Source: Verrucomicrobiota bacterium (GTDB lineage: Bacteria; Verrucomicrobiota; Verrucomicrobiia; Opitutales; Coraliomargaritaceae). Taken from it: DNA of 64,000 bases. Under the pieces are notes generated by a model. That model did not search any database and had not been told where the DNA came from. It saw only the letters and a program-made list of their open reading frames with translations. The position numbers and the translations under genes are program-made. The DNA lies in contig JAURBE010000001.1 in assembly GCA_030829145.1 (NCBI GenBank), forward strand, positions 6,246 to 70,245. Reading direction: 5' to 3'. Shown here piece by piece: positions 39,567 to 50,741 of this stretch (its first letter is position 1; each line of letters opens with the position of its first letter).

Positions 39567-40496
39567 ATGCGTAGTCTCTTTAATAAATTCAAAGAGGGGC
39601 TCAAGCGCCAGACCCCCACTTTTCACCAAGCTTTTGAGAATATCTTTTCTGGTGCTAAATTGGACCAAGAAGCGCTCGACCAACTCGAAGAAGCGCTCTA
39701 CACCGCCGACTTTGGCGTCGAGACTGTAGAAGAAATAATCGAAGAAATCCAAGTCGCCTACAAAGCCGATAAAGAAATGCGTAGCCAAGAAGCTGCCAAG
39801 ATTGGTGCCACAGTTCTCACACGCGTGCTTGAAGGCGCTGAAGGAACGGTGGTTGTCGGACAAAATAAACCCGAAGTAATTTGCCTGATCGGCGTCAATG
39901 GATCTGGCAAAACCACTACTACCGCCAAGCTCGGTTATCTGTATCAGAACGAAGGATACAGCTTATTGATTGGTGCATGCGACACCTTTCGCGCTGCAGC
40001 GAACGAGCAAATTAAACACTGGGCAGATAAACTTAATATTGACATCGTTGCCAGCCATCACGGCGCAGACTCCGCAGCCGTTGCTTTTGATGCATATGAA
40101 GCTGCACAAAGTCGCGGTCGCGATATCGTCATTCTCGACACAGCCGGGCGCCTGCACACAAAAAGTAATTTAATGAAGGAGCTGGAGAAGCTCAAACGCG
40201 TCATCCAGAAACAAGATCCCGACGCGCCTCACCATAGCTGGTTGGTGGTCGATGGCAGTCTTGGCTCCAACTCGATCGAGCAAGCGCGAGTTTTTAATGA
40301 GAGCTTCCCGCTAACAGGATTAATCATTACTAAGCTCGATGGCACCAGTCGCGGCGGTGCACTCGTCGGCATTTACCGTGAGCTAAAACTACCAATCTAT
40401 TTCGTCGGACTCGGTGAGCAACCGGATGACCTACAGCCCTTTTCTGCGAAAAACTATGCCAACGCCATATTCGGTATAACTGATAACGAAGCGTAA
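39567..40496 (+). CDS. ftsY: SRP receptor FtsY
   Basis: GVNGSGKTTT, DTFRAAA, DTAGR, TKLDG. Confidence 0.97.
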   Translation: MRSLFNKFKEGLKRQTPTFHQAFENIFSGAKLDQEALDQLEEALYTADFGVETVEEIIEEIQVAYKADKEMRSQEAAKIGATVLTRVLEGAEGTVVVGQNKPEVICLIGVNGSGKTTTTAKLGYLYQNEGYSLLIGACDTFRAAANEQIKHWADKLNIDIVASHHGADSAAVAFDAYEAAQSRGRDIVILDTAGRLHTKSNLMKELEKLKRVIQKQDPDAPHHSWLVVDGSLGSNSIEQARVFNESFPLTGLIITKLDGTSRGGALVGIYRELKLPIYFVGLGEQPDDLQPFSAKNYANAIFGITDNEA

Positions 40497-40572
40497 TGGC
40501 TTTGCTTGCAAAATCACGCCCAACCCAAACACTATAAACCTATCAAGCTTTCGCCTCGGCTAATAACTAACT

Positions 40573-41667
40573 ATGAGCACCACCGCACAACTCACTGTCG
40601 AACTCGCTGAACGCGCTTATCCTATTCATTTTTGTAACAGTCTCAACCCACTGCAAAAGGATGTCGCTGCATTGCGTGCTGCTAATCGGAGTATCCGAGT
40701 GCTCAGTGATGCCAAGGTACTAGATGCTCAGCCAGATATACTGGTCAAAGCCGGCTTCAAGCGAGAAGAGATTCTGAGCCTCCCCTCTGGGGAAACAACC
40801 AAATCAATCGAGCACATGAGTCAATCACTCAGCTTTTTGGCAACCGATTCGATGAATCGTGACTGTAGCCTATTTGCCTTTGGAGGTGGGGTCATTGGCG
40901 ATCTCGCTGGCTATGTAGCTGCCAGCTACCTTCGCGGCATTGATTTTTATCAAATTCCAACGACCCTTCTCTCAATGGTCGACAGCTCAGTCGGTGGAAA
41001 AACAGGGATTAATCTACCTGAAGGTAAAAACCTCGTTGGCGCGTTTTGGCAGCCCAAGGCGGTGTATATTAATACTGCACTACTGGAGACTTTACCGCCT
41101 CGTGAATTCGCCGCTGGCATGGCTGAAGTCATCAAATACGGCATGCTTTATGACCTCGATTTTTTTAAAGAGCTAGAGGAAGTGAATACACTCACTGCCA
41201 GCGCTCCCGAACTTGCCGGTGTCGTTCGCCGCTGCTGCGCCATCAAAGCTGAGATTGTAGCCAACGACGAAAAAGAGACAGCCAGCTCTGGCGGACGCGC
41301 ACTCTTAAACCTTGGCCACACCTTTGCACATGCCATCGAGAACGTGGCTGGCTATGGACATTATTTGCACGGCGAGGCGGTCGCAATCGGACTCAACCTT
41401 GCCACACAACTGTCAGTTAAAATCGGGCAACTCAAGGCCGCTGATATTGATCGCGTCAAAGCACTGATTGAGCGGTGCAACCTCCCCACACAACTGCACA
41501 ACCCTCTCTCTATTACCGACCTAATGGCTGCGATGCAGAAAGATAAAAAGAATCGAGCTGGCAAACTCCGCTTTGTAAGCATGCAGACAATCGGCGAAGC
41601 CATCACAACAGAAGAAGTCGATTATGCCCTCATCGAATCGCTCTGGCAAGAAGTCGGAGCGAAATAA
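40573..41667 (+). CDS. aroB: 3-dehydroquinate synthase
   Basis: GGGVIGDLAG, PTTLLSMVDSSVGGKTG, LNLGHTFAH, HGEAV. Confidence 0.97.
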   Translation: MSTTAQLTVELAERAYPIHFCNSLNPLQKDVAALRAANRSIRVLSDAKVLDAQPDILVKAGFKREEILSLPSGETTKSIEHMSQSLSFLATDSMNRDCSLFAFGGGVIGDLAGYVAASYLRGIDFYQIPTTLLSMVDSSVGGKTGINLPEGKNLVGAFWQPKAVYINTALLETLPPREFAAGMAEVIKYGMLYDLDFFKELEEVNTLTASAPELAGVVRRCCAIKAEIVANDEKETASSGGRALLNLGHTFAHAIENVAGYGHYLHGEAVAIGLNLATQLSVKIGQLKAADIDRVKALIERCNLPTQLHNPLSITDLMAAMQKDKKNRAGKLRFVSMQTIGEAITTEEVDYALIESLWQEVGAK

Positions 41668-41804
41668 GTGGATGTAGCTATCGATCCAACACAGCAATCA
41701 ATCTGGGGAGCACACCAGAACGGTGTTTGGTTTCAGAAGTATTGATCAACCCCATTGATTCAACTATTTTGAGCGCGTGAAGCGCACAGAGAAGTCCTAG
41801 ACGC

Positions 41805-43259
41805 TCATAAACGAATCACCATAAATTGCTTACTACCAGAGCTCCAAATATAGAGGCGATTTACACCCTGTTGGAGTTGCTGGTTAAGTTCAGCGGGGCT
41901 AGTGACCGCCTGACCATTGACCTCCAGCACTACCATACCAACAGACATCAGAGCTGCATAGGGTGACTCAGGAAGGAGATCACTCACCAACACACCCTCC
42001 ACTTCATCTGGGATAGAGAGAGCCTCGCGACTACTTTGATCAATCGATTCAAGTAACACACCCTCGAGAATTTCCTGTTCAGCTGCGGAGCTTACGAGGG
42101 AACCAGTTAAACTACCGAGCACAACCGGCAGATGCAGGGATTTACCTTCACGAATAAGCTCCACAGCCACTTTTCGACCCGGCCGCATTTGAGAAACAAC
42201 CAAGCGTAACTGTGGCGCTGATTCGATCTCAACATCATCCACTTGCATGATAATATCACCGTGCTTGATGCCTGCCTTATCTGCGGGGGAACCCAACTGC
42301 ACTTGATTCACCAAAGCACCCCGCGTAGACGGTAAATTAAATGCATCAGCCAAGTCAGGCGTAAGATTAACTGGTAACAACCCGAGCAAGCCACGTGGGA
42401 CTTCACCACTCTCAATCAAATTCGTTACCACATTAAGTGCCATATCCGAAGGGATCGCAAAACCGATGCCGATGCTACCTCCAGTACGTGAAACAATTGC
42501 AGTATTAATTCCGACCAACCGGCCAGCTGCATCGATCAATGCACCCCCTGAGTTCCCCTGATTGACTGCCGCATCCGTTTGGATGAAATTTTCATACGAA
42601 CCCGCACCTAATATTCCAAAGGAGTCACGTCCCAGGGCAGACACAATTCCCTGCGTGGCGGTAAGACCCACATCCAACGGATTACCAATCGCAAAAACTA
42701 TATCTCCAACACGTAAGTTGCTACTGTCGGCAACCGTTACAGCAGGCAACGCTTCCTCAGGCTCGATTTTGAGAATCGCAACATCAGTCTTTTTATCTGA
42801 ACCAACTAAAGTCGCTACATATTCGACACCATCACTCAAGCGCACACGGATCTCATCTGCAGCTCGGCCACGTTGTACTTGAACCACATGATGATTGGTT
42901 ACGATATAACCATCTTCTGAAATAATCACACCTGAACCAACACCGACTTGCTGTAAACGCTCCTGTGGCTCAACGTCTACACTAGACTTCGGGACCGGCC
43001 GACCAAAGTAGCGAAATAACTCCTGCATACCTTCTGGCGCACGTTGATAATAAGAGGGTTGTACAATCCGCGAAGTATAAACGGCAACAACCGAAGGCGT
43101 CGCTTCTGCTAACACATCCGCGTACGAAACGAGCGGGACTTCCTTGACCGTAGCCACTGCCCGCGGGTCTTGATGAATCCGTAGTACCGGATTTTTATTC
43201 GCTGCAACCAGCGACGAAACAATCAGACTGCTAAAGAATAAAAGAGATGTATTTTTCAT
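41805..43259 (-). CDS. DegP/HtrA serine protease with two PDZ domains
   Basis: GSGVII, TNHHV, IQTDAAVNQGNSGGAL. Confidence 0.95.
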   Translation of the reverse strand: MKNTSLLFFSSLIVSSLVAANKNPVLRIHQDPRAVATVKEVPLVSYADVLAEATPSVVAVYTSRIVQPSYYQRAPEGMQELFRYFGRPVPKSSVDVEPQERLQQVGVGSGVIISEDGYIVTNHHVVQVQRGRAADEIRVRLSDGVEYVATLVGSDKKTDVAILKIEPEEALPAVTVADSSNLRVGDIVFAIGNPLDVGLTATQGIVSALGRDSFGILGAGSYENFIQTDAAVNQGNSGGALIDAAGRLVGINTAIVSRTGGSIGIGFAIPSDMALNVVTNLIESGEVPRGLLGLLPVNLTPDLADAFNLPSTRGALVNQVQLGSPADKAGIKHGDIIMQVDDVEIESAPQLRLVVSQMRPGRKVAVELIREGKSLHLPVVLGSLTGSLVSSAAEQEILEGVLLESIDQSSREALSIPDEVEGVLVSDLLPESPYAALMSVGMVVLEVNGQAVTSPAELNQQLQQGVNRLYIWSSGSKQFMVIRL

Positions 43260-43417
43260 AAGATAATTGATTGCTCATTAACGACAGAAATCAGGCATTT
43301 GAGTTCCTTAAGATTTACGCTTCGAAAAAAAATCAGACTCCTATACTTAAAGACACTTTAAATAGTCTAACACTTACCACTATCTTGCAGGATTCATTTA
43401 TCCAGCAGTGCTGAAAC

Positions 43418-45175
43418 CTACATACGCCCGATCATTTCGATACGAAAATCCTCCAATCGACGCACCACTGCCGCAGGATCATTAATTTGCAGCACCTCTT
43501 CGACCAACGCCTGCGCATCTGCCATTGTTGTATTACAAATAAGATATTTGACCTCAGGAAGCATCGACGAGGTTAGGCTCAACGAGCTTGCCCCCATACC
43601 CACCAATAAACTCGCATACAACGGGTCACCAGCAATCTCACCACAAACACTCACGGCCTTACCAAGTCGGTTGGCCTCATCAATAATAGTCTTCAAGGTA
43701 CGAAGCACTGCAGGGTGCGCAGGCTCATAAAGATGGGCCACACGATCATTCAAACGATCCACTGCCATTAAGTATTGGATTAGATCATTAGTACCGATAC
43801 TGAAAAAGTCAGCTTCTTCTGCAAGTAGATCAATAATTGCTGCGGCACTAGGAATTTCTACCATTGCACCCACCTCGATCGATTCATCAAAAGCAATATT
43901 CTCAGCGCGTAAATCCGACTTAACCATTTCCAGCATTTGGTTGGCGCGCTTTAGCTCCGATAGACCACTGATCATTGGATACATGATCTTAATATTACCC
44001 AACGCACTGGCTCGAAGAATCGCTCGTAACTGAGTGTTGAAAATATCCTGATTCTCTAAGCAGAATCGAATCGCTCGGAATCCCATAAACGAATTATCTT
44101 CCTGCTCATTCCCATCGCCCAGAGTTTTATCGCCACCAATATCTAGAGTGCGAATAATTACTGGTTGATCACCTGCCGCCTGTGCCACTGCCGCATATTC
44201 ATCATACTGCACTGCCTCTGGTGGGTAGCCATGATGCCTCAAGAAAATACCCTCAGTCCGGAATAGTCCAACACCATTTGAACGCATTGCCAAAGCTTGG
44301 TCCATCTCCTGCGCTCCCTCAATGTTCGACATTAAAGCGATCGCGGTGCCATCCTTGGTCTCGCTCGGTTCTGAGATTACAGTATTGTAAATCTCATCTA
44401 GCTTACGGCGCTGGCTCGCTAGTTTACCATAGTTTAATAGACGCTCCTCAGACGGATTGATCACGACGATGCCATCATATCCATCCACCAAAATACGATC
44501 ACCGCTTTGTATCTTCTTCGTCGCATCGTGCAAACCAACCACAGCCGGAATTCGCAGCGAACGTGCCATAATCACTGAATGGCTGGTTTGACCACCCGCA
44601 TCTGTGATAAACCCCAATAACTTGCTACGATCCATATCCGCAGTATCGGACGGCGTAATATCTTCAGAAACTATAATACTTTGAGCCGCCAAATCTCCTA
44701 GATTGGACTTTTTTGACCCAATCATATTCTGCAATAGGCGCCGCGAAACATCCTGAATATCAGTCACACGCTCTTTCAGGTACTCATCTTCCATCGAGCT
44801 GAAGAACGAAATATAGCGTTGTGCGATTTTATTGTAACAACTTTCGACGTTCTTGTTGGTCGTACGCAACTCTGAGTTGACCTCATCCAGCAAGGCAATG
44901 TCCTCCAATACCATCAAGTGCGCATCAAAAATACGTGCCTCCCCCTCACCTAAAGACGCTGCCACCTTGTTTCGCACGCCGGTGATCTCTTCACGCGTCC
45001 GTATGATCGCTTGGTCAAAGCGCTCAATCTCAGCATCAATTGCATCTGGCTTTAAATCATAACACGGTACATCTAACTCCTTTTGAAGATACAGCAATGC
45101 AGTTCCATGGGCGACCCCATGAGATGCAGCGATACCTTCGAGGACAATTTCGTCTTTAGCTGATTGTTCTGGCAC
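43418..45175 (-). CDS. ptsI: PTS enzyme I
   Basis: TSHSVIMARSL, GLFRTE, RTLDIGGDK, FSIGTNDLIQY. Confidence 0.95.
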   Translation of the reverse strand: MPEQSAKDEIVLEGIAASHGVAHGTALLYLQKELDVPCYDLKPDAIDAEIERFDQAIIRTREEITGVRNKVAASLGEGEARIFDAHLMVLEDIALLDEVNSELRTTNKNVESCYNKIAQRYISFFSSMEDEYLKERVTDIQDVSRRLLQNMIGSKKSNLGDLAAQSIIVSEDITPSDTADMDRSKLLGFITDAGGQTSHSVIMARSLRIPAVVGLHDATKKIQSGDRILVDGYDGIVVINPSEERLLNYGKLASQRRKLDEIYNTVISEPSETKDGTAIALMSNIEGAQEMDQALAMRSNGVGLFRTEGIFLRHHGYPPEAVQYDEYAAVAQAAGDQPVIIRTLDIGGDKTLGDGNEQEDNSFMGFRAIRFCLENQDIFNTQLRAILRASALGNIKIMYPMISGLSELKRANQMLEMVKSDLRAENIAFDESIEVGAMVEIPSAAAIIDLLAEEADFFSIGTNDLIQYLMAVDRLNDRVAHLYEPAHPAVLRTLKTIIDEANRLGKAVSVCGEIAGDPLYASLLVGMGASSLSLTSSMLPEVKYLICNTTMADAQALVEEVLQINDPAAVVRRLEDFRIEMIGRM

Positions 45176-45245
45176 TAATATTATGGGCTGACCGAGTTAA
45201 ATGAGGATTGGATTAAACCGAAAAGCTAAAGCTACGATTTTAAAC

Positions 45246-46148
45246 TCAGCTAATTGAAGTTTCAACCCAAAAGATAGTTTCACCCCACGCATCCCGGACA
45301 ATTCGTTCAATTTCCCCTGCTGCAGGGCCATTTTTTTCGAGCAAAGCAAAACAGCAACTCCCGCTACCGCTCATCAAACACGCTACTCCCGCATCACGTA
45401 GTTGCTCTAATAAGGTCGAAATCGCTAAGTATTTTTGCCCCACCGGTACTTCAAACGAATTATATAGCAGATTTGCCAAAGCGCCCTGTTGTATGTAGCG
45501 CTCAATACGAGCCGCAGCTTTAGGCACCGGTTCGTAAGTTCCTGGCGCACCTGCTGCTAAACACTCATAGGCCCATGGGGTTTCCACGGCGAAATCTGGA
45601 CGAAACAACACCACCCGTTTACCTCGCAAACATGCTGCTACAGGCGCGACCAATGGCTCAATCACCTCGCCACGTCCAGACATCAGAGCTGGCGTGGACT
45701 CAACAAAAAACGGACAATCTGAGCCCAACTCAGCGGCAATCTCATACAACTCAGGATTACTAAACGGCACACCTAAAAGTTGGTTCATACCACGCAGCGC
45801 AACTGCAGCATTACCACTGCCTCCACCAAGCCCTGCACCTATTGGAATTCGCTTGTCTAAAGCAAACTCAAAAAATACCTCGCGGCCGAAACGCTCACGC
45901 ATCGCCGCAGCCGCCTTCAAAATCAAGTTTTCGGGACCCAACGGCACCACAGGATCGGAGCAATGCAGGACGTCTTCAGCCCCATTCAGGCGAATCGTCA
46001 GCGTGTCCCCAAAGCCCACAGCCACAACTAATGAAGTCAGCGCATGAAATCCATCTGCACGCTTTCCGTGTACAGATAACATTAAATTTATTTTAGCGGG
46101 CGATGGCAGCGTCAATTCGCCGGCAGAAGTTTTCGCATTGATGGACAC
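45246..46148 (-). CDS. ispE: CDP-ME kinase
   Basis: PAKINL, IPIGAGLGGGSGNAA, LGSDCPFF, MSGSGS. Confidence 0.96.
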   Translation of the reverse strand: MSINAKTSAGELTLPSPAKINLMLSVHGKRADGFHALTSLVVAVGFGDTLTIRLNGAEDVLHCSDPVVPLGPENLILKAAAAMRERFGREVFFEFALDKRIPIGAGLGGGSGNAAVALRGMNQLLGVPFSNPELYEIAAELGSDCPFFVESTPALMSGRGEVIEPLVAPVAACLRGKRVVLFRPDFAVETPWAYECLAAGAPGTYEPVPKAAARIERYIQQGALANLLYNSFEVPVGQKYLAISTLLEQLRDAGVACLMSGSGSCCFALLEKNGPAAGEIERIVRDAWGETIFWVETSIS

Positions 46149-46241
46149 GCTCTATTAATGAAGCGACTTTTCACCCGCGCCGAGAAAAAATCGTAGTTTT
46201 ACAAATTGCCTCCGCCCGCTCTACTTCCCATGTTTAGCAAT

Positions 46242-46952
46242 ATGTCAGACCAAAATCCTTGTAAACTTGTCCTAGCACTCGATCTCGAAACACGCGAAGA
46301 AGCCTTTGCGATGCTGGATCGCCTCGGTGATTCCCTTGAGTGGGTCAAAGTCGGCCTGCAGCTCTTTACCGCCTACGGTCCAAATTTCGTACGTGAAATT
46401 GCCGACCGCGGTTATAAAGTATTTCTCGATTTAAAGCTCTACGATATCCCCAACACCGTAGCCAAAGCGGTGCAAAGCATCGCGACCCTACCAGTCGAAC
46501 TACTCACACTCCATGCCTCCGGGGGAGCTGAGATGCTGCAATGGGCGAACAAAGCTCGTGCTGACTATTCCCCAAACCTAAATTTACTTGCTGTCACTGT
46601 ACTTACTTCAATGGACGAGGCACAATTGCGCAGCCTTAACGTACTCACCACCACTGAGGCACACGTAAAGCATTTGGCTGACCTTAGCCTGAATGCAGGC
46701 ATACAAGGCTTGGTCTGCTCTTCACTAGAACTTTCGCCCCTACGTGTTCGCTTTGGCAACGACCCAATCATTGTGACACCTGGCATTCGCCCTAAAGGCA
46801 GTTCCGCAGACGAACAAAAGCGCATTATGACGCCACACGCGGCTGCAGCCGCTGGATCCAGCTATATTGTCGTTGGGCGTCCGATACTTAAGGCTGACGA
46901 TCCTGCAGCAACCGCAGCAGCCATACGAGCAGAGCTAAACGTTGTCTCGTAA
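46242..46952 (+). CDS. pyrF: Orotidine-5'-phosphate decarboxylase (start approximate)
   Basis: LALD, KVG, FLDLKLYDIPNTV, VTPGIR, VVGRPI. Confidence 0.96.
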   Translation: MSDQNPCKLVLALDLETREEAFAMLDRLGDSLEWVKVGLQLFTAYGPNFVREIADRGYKVFLDLKLYDIPNTVAKAVQSIATLPVELLTLHASGGAEMLQWANKARADYSPNLNLLAVTVLTSMDEAQLRSLNVLTTTEAHVKHLADLSLNAGIQGLVCSSLELSPLRVRFGNDPIIVTPGIRPKGSSADEQKRIMTPHAAAAAGSSYIVVGRPILKADDPAATAAAIRAELNVVS

Positions 46953-47050
46953 CACCCTCGCGAATCAGCGCTACATCTGACGAATACACTCGATCACCGC
47001 AAGCAGCCAACTGCTGACCAGCGCGCTCACTCATAATCTCACCCCTTAAT

Positions 47051-47770
47051 ATCACTACTACACACTCATTCACCGCCATCTTACTCGCAGCCGGCAGCGG
47101 CTCGCGGATGCAAGATACCGTCCAAGATAAAATACTGGAGCCACTCAACGGTTTGCCAGTGCTATGCCATAGTGTACTCGCTTTTTTAGCCAGTAATTGC
47201 ATCGATCGCATCACGATCGTCTATCGAAACGAGTTACAAAAGACGAAACTACTCGCTGCATTGAGCGACATTGACCTACAAAACACGCCGATTGATTGGA
47301 CACTTGGCGGCGCCGAACGCCAAGACTCTGTATACAATGCGCTACACATACAGCCACCATCTTGTACTCATGTACTTATACATGACAGCGCGCGACCACT
47401 CGTATCGATCAAATCCATCCGAGCGCTTCATCGCGCTGCCATCCGAGACCGCGCTGCTGTCCTAGCGCACCCCGTAGTCGACACCATTAAACGCATTGCT
47501 GACGCCAAACAACTGAATCAAACCGAACTCGAAGATCTTGAGCGCTCCCGCCTCTGGGCAATGGAGACCCCTCAAGCATTCGCGCTACCCGAAATCCTCA
47601 AAGCATATAAGCATGTGCGCATCAACAACCTGCATATCACAGACGATACCGCTGCGGTTGCCAGCATCGGCTTAAAGACCACTCTAGTTCCCAACGACAC
47701 TCCAAACATCAAGATGACTACGCCGGAGGATCTCAGTTACGCAGCTTGGCTACTGCATAAGGGTAGCTAA
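47051..47770 (+). CDS. ispD: MEP cytidylyltransferase; no canonical start upstream of the conserved N-terminal motif
   Basis: In-frame TAILLAAGSGSRM lies upstream of ATG 47108; GGAERQDSV, IHDSARP, TPQAF, TDD, NIKMTTPEDL. Confidence 0.9.
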   Translation: MTTTHSFTAILLAAGSGSRMQDTVQDKILEPLNGLPVLCHSVLAFLASNCIDRITIVYRNELQKTKLLAALSDIDLQNTPIDWTLGGAERQDSVYNALHIQPPSCTHVLIHDSARPLVSIKSIRALHRAAIRDRAAVLAHPVVDTIKRIADAKQLNQTELEDLERSRLWAMETPQAFALPEILKAYKHVRINNLHITDDTAAVASIGLKTTLVPNDTPNIKMTTPEDLSYAAWLLHKGS

Positions 47771-47849
47771 GGAGCAATTGGCAGACCTTTTTTTAATCCG
47801 AATCGCTCTATGCTTTTCAATGCGTTGAAAAATTGTTGATCTAGTCGCT

Positions 47850-49919
47850 ATGATCGGACTCATCGAAAACGCAGGAGGCACCCCCATGGCAGCGGGCTAC
47901 CTCGTCACGCTCGTTGATTCGATTTTTAAAGAAGGTGGGCATTTGCAAAATGTCTTGGGCCTCGATCATCGTCCGCAGCAAGCAGCAATGGCCCTAACCA
48001 CGGCACAATCCCTAGAGACCAATAAGCCACTCCTTTTCGAAGCTGGCACTGGCGTCGGTAAAAGTCTCGCCTACCTCATCCCTGGACTCATCCACTCAAT
48101 CAACTCCGAACGCCCACTAATCGTCTCCAGCCATACGATCACCCTGCAAGAGCAGATTCGTAGCAAAGATCTTAAAATTTGCCGCCAACTCTTTAACGCG
48201 GTCCCAGAGCTCAAGCACTATGCGGAATTCAAGACCGCACTGATGGTCGGCAAAGGTAACTACTGCTGTACTACCCGTCTAGGCAATGCCCTCAAAGATG
48301 CTCAATCTTCCAAGCAAACCGAATTACTCGAGGACGATGCCAAAAAAGAACTTATCCGCTTAGCAAACTGGTCCGCTTCAAGTAAAAACGGGATCGTTCA
48401 GGAACTCTCACCCAGTCCACTCCCCGATGTGTGGGACATAGTCAATGCAGACAGTTCGACATGCTCGAAAAAGAACTGCGATCCTGCCACCTGCTTCTAC
48501 CAACGCGCACGCAAGAAGCTGCTCACATCCAACTGTGTCATCGTTAATCATAGCTTACTTTTTGCGCTTATAAACGCAGGAATGCCGCCAAATGGGGATG
48601 CTCGCGGCATTCTCTTACCCGATGATTTCGTCGTACTCGATGAAGCGCACCGTATTCCTGCCATCGCAACCGACCATTTCGGCATCCATGTCAGCTCATA
48701 TGCGGTCGATCGTGCACTCAAGCGTATCTATAACCCTCGTACCAACCGCGGCATTCTGCGCAAACACGGGCAGAAGTGGGATCACGATGCAGTCGACAAT
48801 GCGATCGATGCTGCAGGCGAATTCTTTAGCTATCTCGGTGATAACTTTCTGACGCAACGCTCCATTCTGCGTATCCATCAAGCAGACTTCTGCGATAACA
48901 TACTTTCTGGTCCACTCAAAGAAGTCGCGGAACGCCTAGGTGCCATTATTCAAAAAAGCGATAATGAACGCGTCCAAGACGAGCTCAAAGATCACCGCCG
49001 TCGCATTCTCGGCTATCGCGATACGATCAATGGCTTTGTCACTCTCGCAGAGGACGACCACGTGCACTGGCTTGAGCGTGGTGGTAAAAAAGGTCAACTC
49101 ATCACCCTGCGGAGCGCTCCACTTAATGTTGCCCCATATTTGCGCGAAGCACTTTTCAGTCGGCAAACCGCAGCCATCCTTACCAGTGCCACACTCTCCG
49201 ATGGTACCAGTATCGATACTTTCCAAGAAAAAGTCGGCGGTCAAATCGCCGAGGCTGAAGTAGAGTATTCACCATTCAACTACAAAGAAAACTGCCGCGT
49301 TTACATTGCCAGTGATGCTCCTACTCCTGAGCCTGGGCAAGGACGACTGGATCTCGACTACTTAGCAAATATGATCTGTTGGCATAGTCGTAATGTTAGC
49401 GGCGGCACTCTCGTACTCTTCACTAGTCACTTCGACCTACGCCAAGTACACAAACGTACTGAAACTTTCTTCGATAAGATCGAACGACCGCTCTTTAGCC
49501 AAGGACATGGCATCGATCGTAGCGAGCTAACCCGTAAATTTGCCGAAGCTGGAAACGGTGTGCTCTTTGGGACTGACAGCTTTTGGACTGGCATCGATGT
49601 CCCTGGCCCAGCGCTCTCTCAAGTAATCATTACTCGTTTGCCATTTGACAACCCAAGTCATCCCGTCAGCGAGGCACGTAGCGAATATATTCGCGAGCAA
49701 GGTGGTAATCCCTTTGCTGAAATGACCATTCCTGAGGCATTGGTTAAATTCCGTCAAGGCATCGGCCGCCTAATTCGGCGCCACGAGGACTCCGGTAATA
49801 TTATTGTGCTCGATTCGCGTATTTTATCTAAGACCTATGGTCAGCGCTTCCTCGACGCGCTGCCGGTGCAAGACTTTAAGCGCTTTAACCGCGACAACCG
49901 CAGCCATATCTTTCAATAA
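47850..49919 (+). CDS. DinG/YoaA-family ATP-dependent helicase
   Basis: EAGTGVGKSLAYL, DEAH, TSATL, FWTGIDVPG, QGIGRLIR. Confidence 0.95.
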   Translation: MIGLIENAGGTPMAAGYLVTLVDSIFKEGGHLQNVLGLDHRPQQAAMALTTAQSLETNKPLLFEAGTGVGKSLAYLIPGLIHSINSERPLIVSSHTITLQEQIRSKDLKICRQLFNAVPELKHYAEFKTALMVGKGNYCCTTRLGNALKDAQSSKQTELLEDDAKKELIRLANWSASSKNGIVQELSPSPLPDVWDIVNADSSTCSKKNCDPATCFYQRARKKLLTSNCVIVNHSLLFALINAGMPPNGDARGILLPDDFVVLDEAHRIPAIATDHFGIHVSSYAVDRALKRIYNPRTNRGILRKHGQKWDHDAVDNAIDAAGEFFSYLGDNFLTQRSILRIHQADFCDNILSGPLKEVAERLGAIIQKSDNERVQDELKDHRRRILGYRDTINGFVTLAEDDHVHWLERGGKKGQLITLRSAPLNVAPYLREALFSRQTAAILTSATLSDGTSIDTFQEKVGGQIAEAEVEYSPFNYKENCRVYIASDAPTPEPGQGRLDLDYLANMICWHSRNVSGGTLVLFTSHFDLRQVHKRTETFFDKIERPLFSQGHGIDRSELTRKFAEAGNGVLFGTDSFWTGIDVPGPALSQVIITRLPFDNPSHPVSEARSEYIREQGGNPFAEMTIPEALVKFRQGIGRLIRRHEDSGNIIVLDSRILSKTYGQRFLDALPVQDFKRFNRDNRSHIFQ

Positions 49920-49966
49920 TATAGCACGCTATTGATTCACTATTTTGCAAATCTATTTTAGCTACT

Positions 49967-50683
49967 ATGCACATTTCATCATACGGCATCACACACCAAG
50001 GAAAAGTGCGCAGGTCTAATCAAGACGCGTTTCTAATCGACGATGCTCATAAAATATTTGCCGTCGCTGACGGACTGGGCGGACTCCCAGGCGGCGCAGA
50101 GGCCAGCAAGCGAATCATTGAACTGATTAAGCGAGTCTACAAACATATCGACGCCGACGAAGAACGCGCAGATCTGAGCGAATTGGTCATCGAAATCAAC
50201 CGTGGCCTCACAAAAGAAGGTAATGTAACGTATCCAGCCACCGGTTTTGGTAGCACCCTGACCATGAACCAGCTCATCGGTGACCAATTATTCATCGCAC
50301 ATGTCGGAGACTCTGCAACTTACCACCTGCATGATGACGACTTTAATAAGCTCACAACTGACCATACCATGGAGCAAAACTTCATCGAACGTATTGGGCA
50401 AGCTGACAGCGCATTGATGCCGCCGGAGTATTCACATACACTGACACGGTGCGTCGGTCAAAACCAAGAACTGCAAGTCGATCAATCACGCTGCACAATC
50501 GCCTCTGGCGACCGTCTATTACTTTGCACTGACGGGCTCAACAAAGTTGTCAAAGAGTCAAAAATTCACACGATCTTGAAGTCGGATGCGAGCACTCAAA
50601 CCATCTGCCAAAGACTGGTAGGTCTTGCCCTAGCCGAGGGTGGTCCCGACAACATCACCGCAATTGTGACATGCATCCAATAA
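49967..50683 (+). CDS. PP2C-family Ser/Thr phosphatase
   Basis: NQDA, VADGLGG, HVGDS, LCTDGL, DNIT. Confidence 0.93.
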   Translation: MHISSYGITHQGKVRRSNQDAFLIDDAHKIFAVADGLGGLPGGAEASKRIIELIKRVYKHIDADEERADLSELVIEINRGLTKEGNVTYPATGFGSTLTMNQLIGDQLFIAHVGDSATYHLHDDDFNKLTTDHTMEQNFIERIGQADSALMPPEYSHTLTRCVGQNQELQVDQSRCTIASGDRLLLCTDGLNKVVKESKIHTILKSDASTQTICQRLVGLALAEGGPDNITAIVTCIQ

Positions 50684-50741
50684 TGCTCGATACTAAAAAC
50701 TTACGTTCTATAAAAATACGTTTAAACAAAACAGGCCACGA

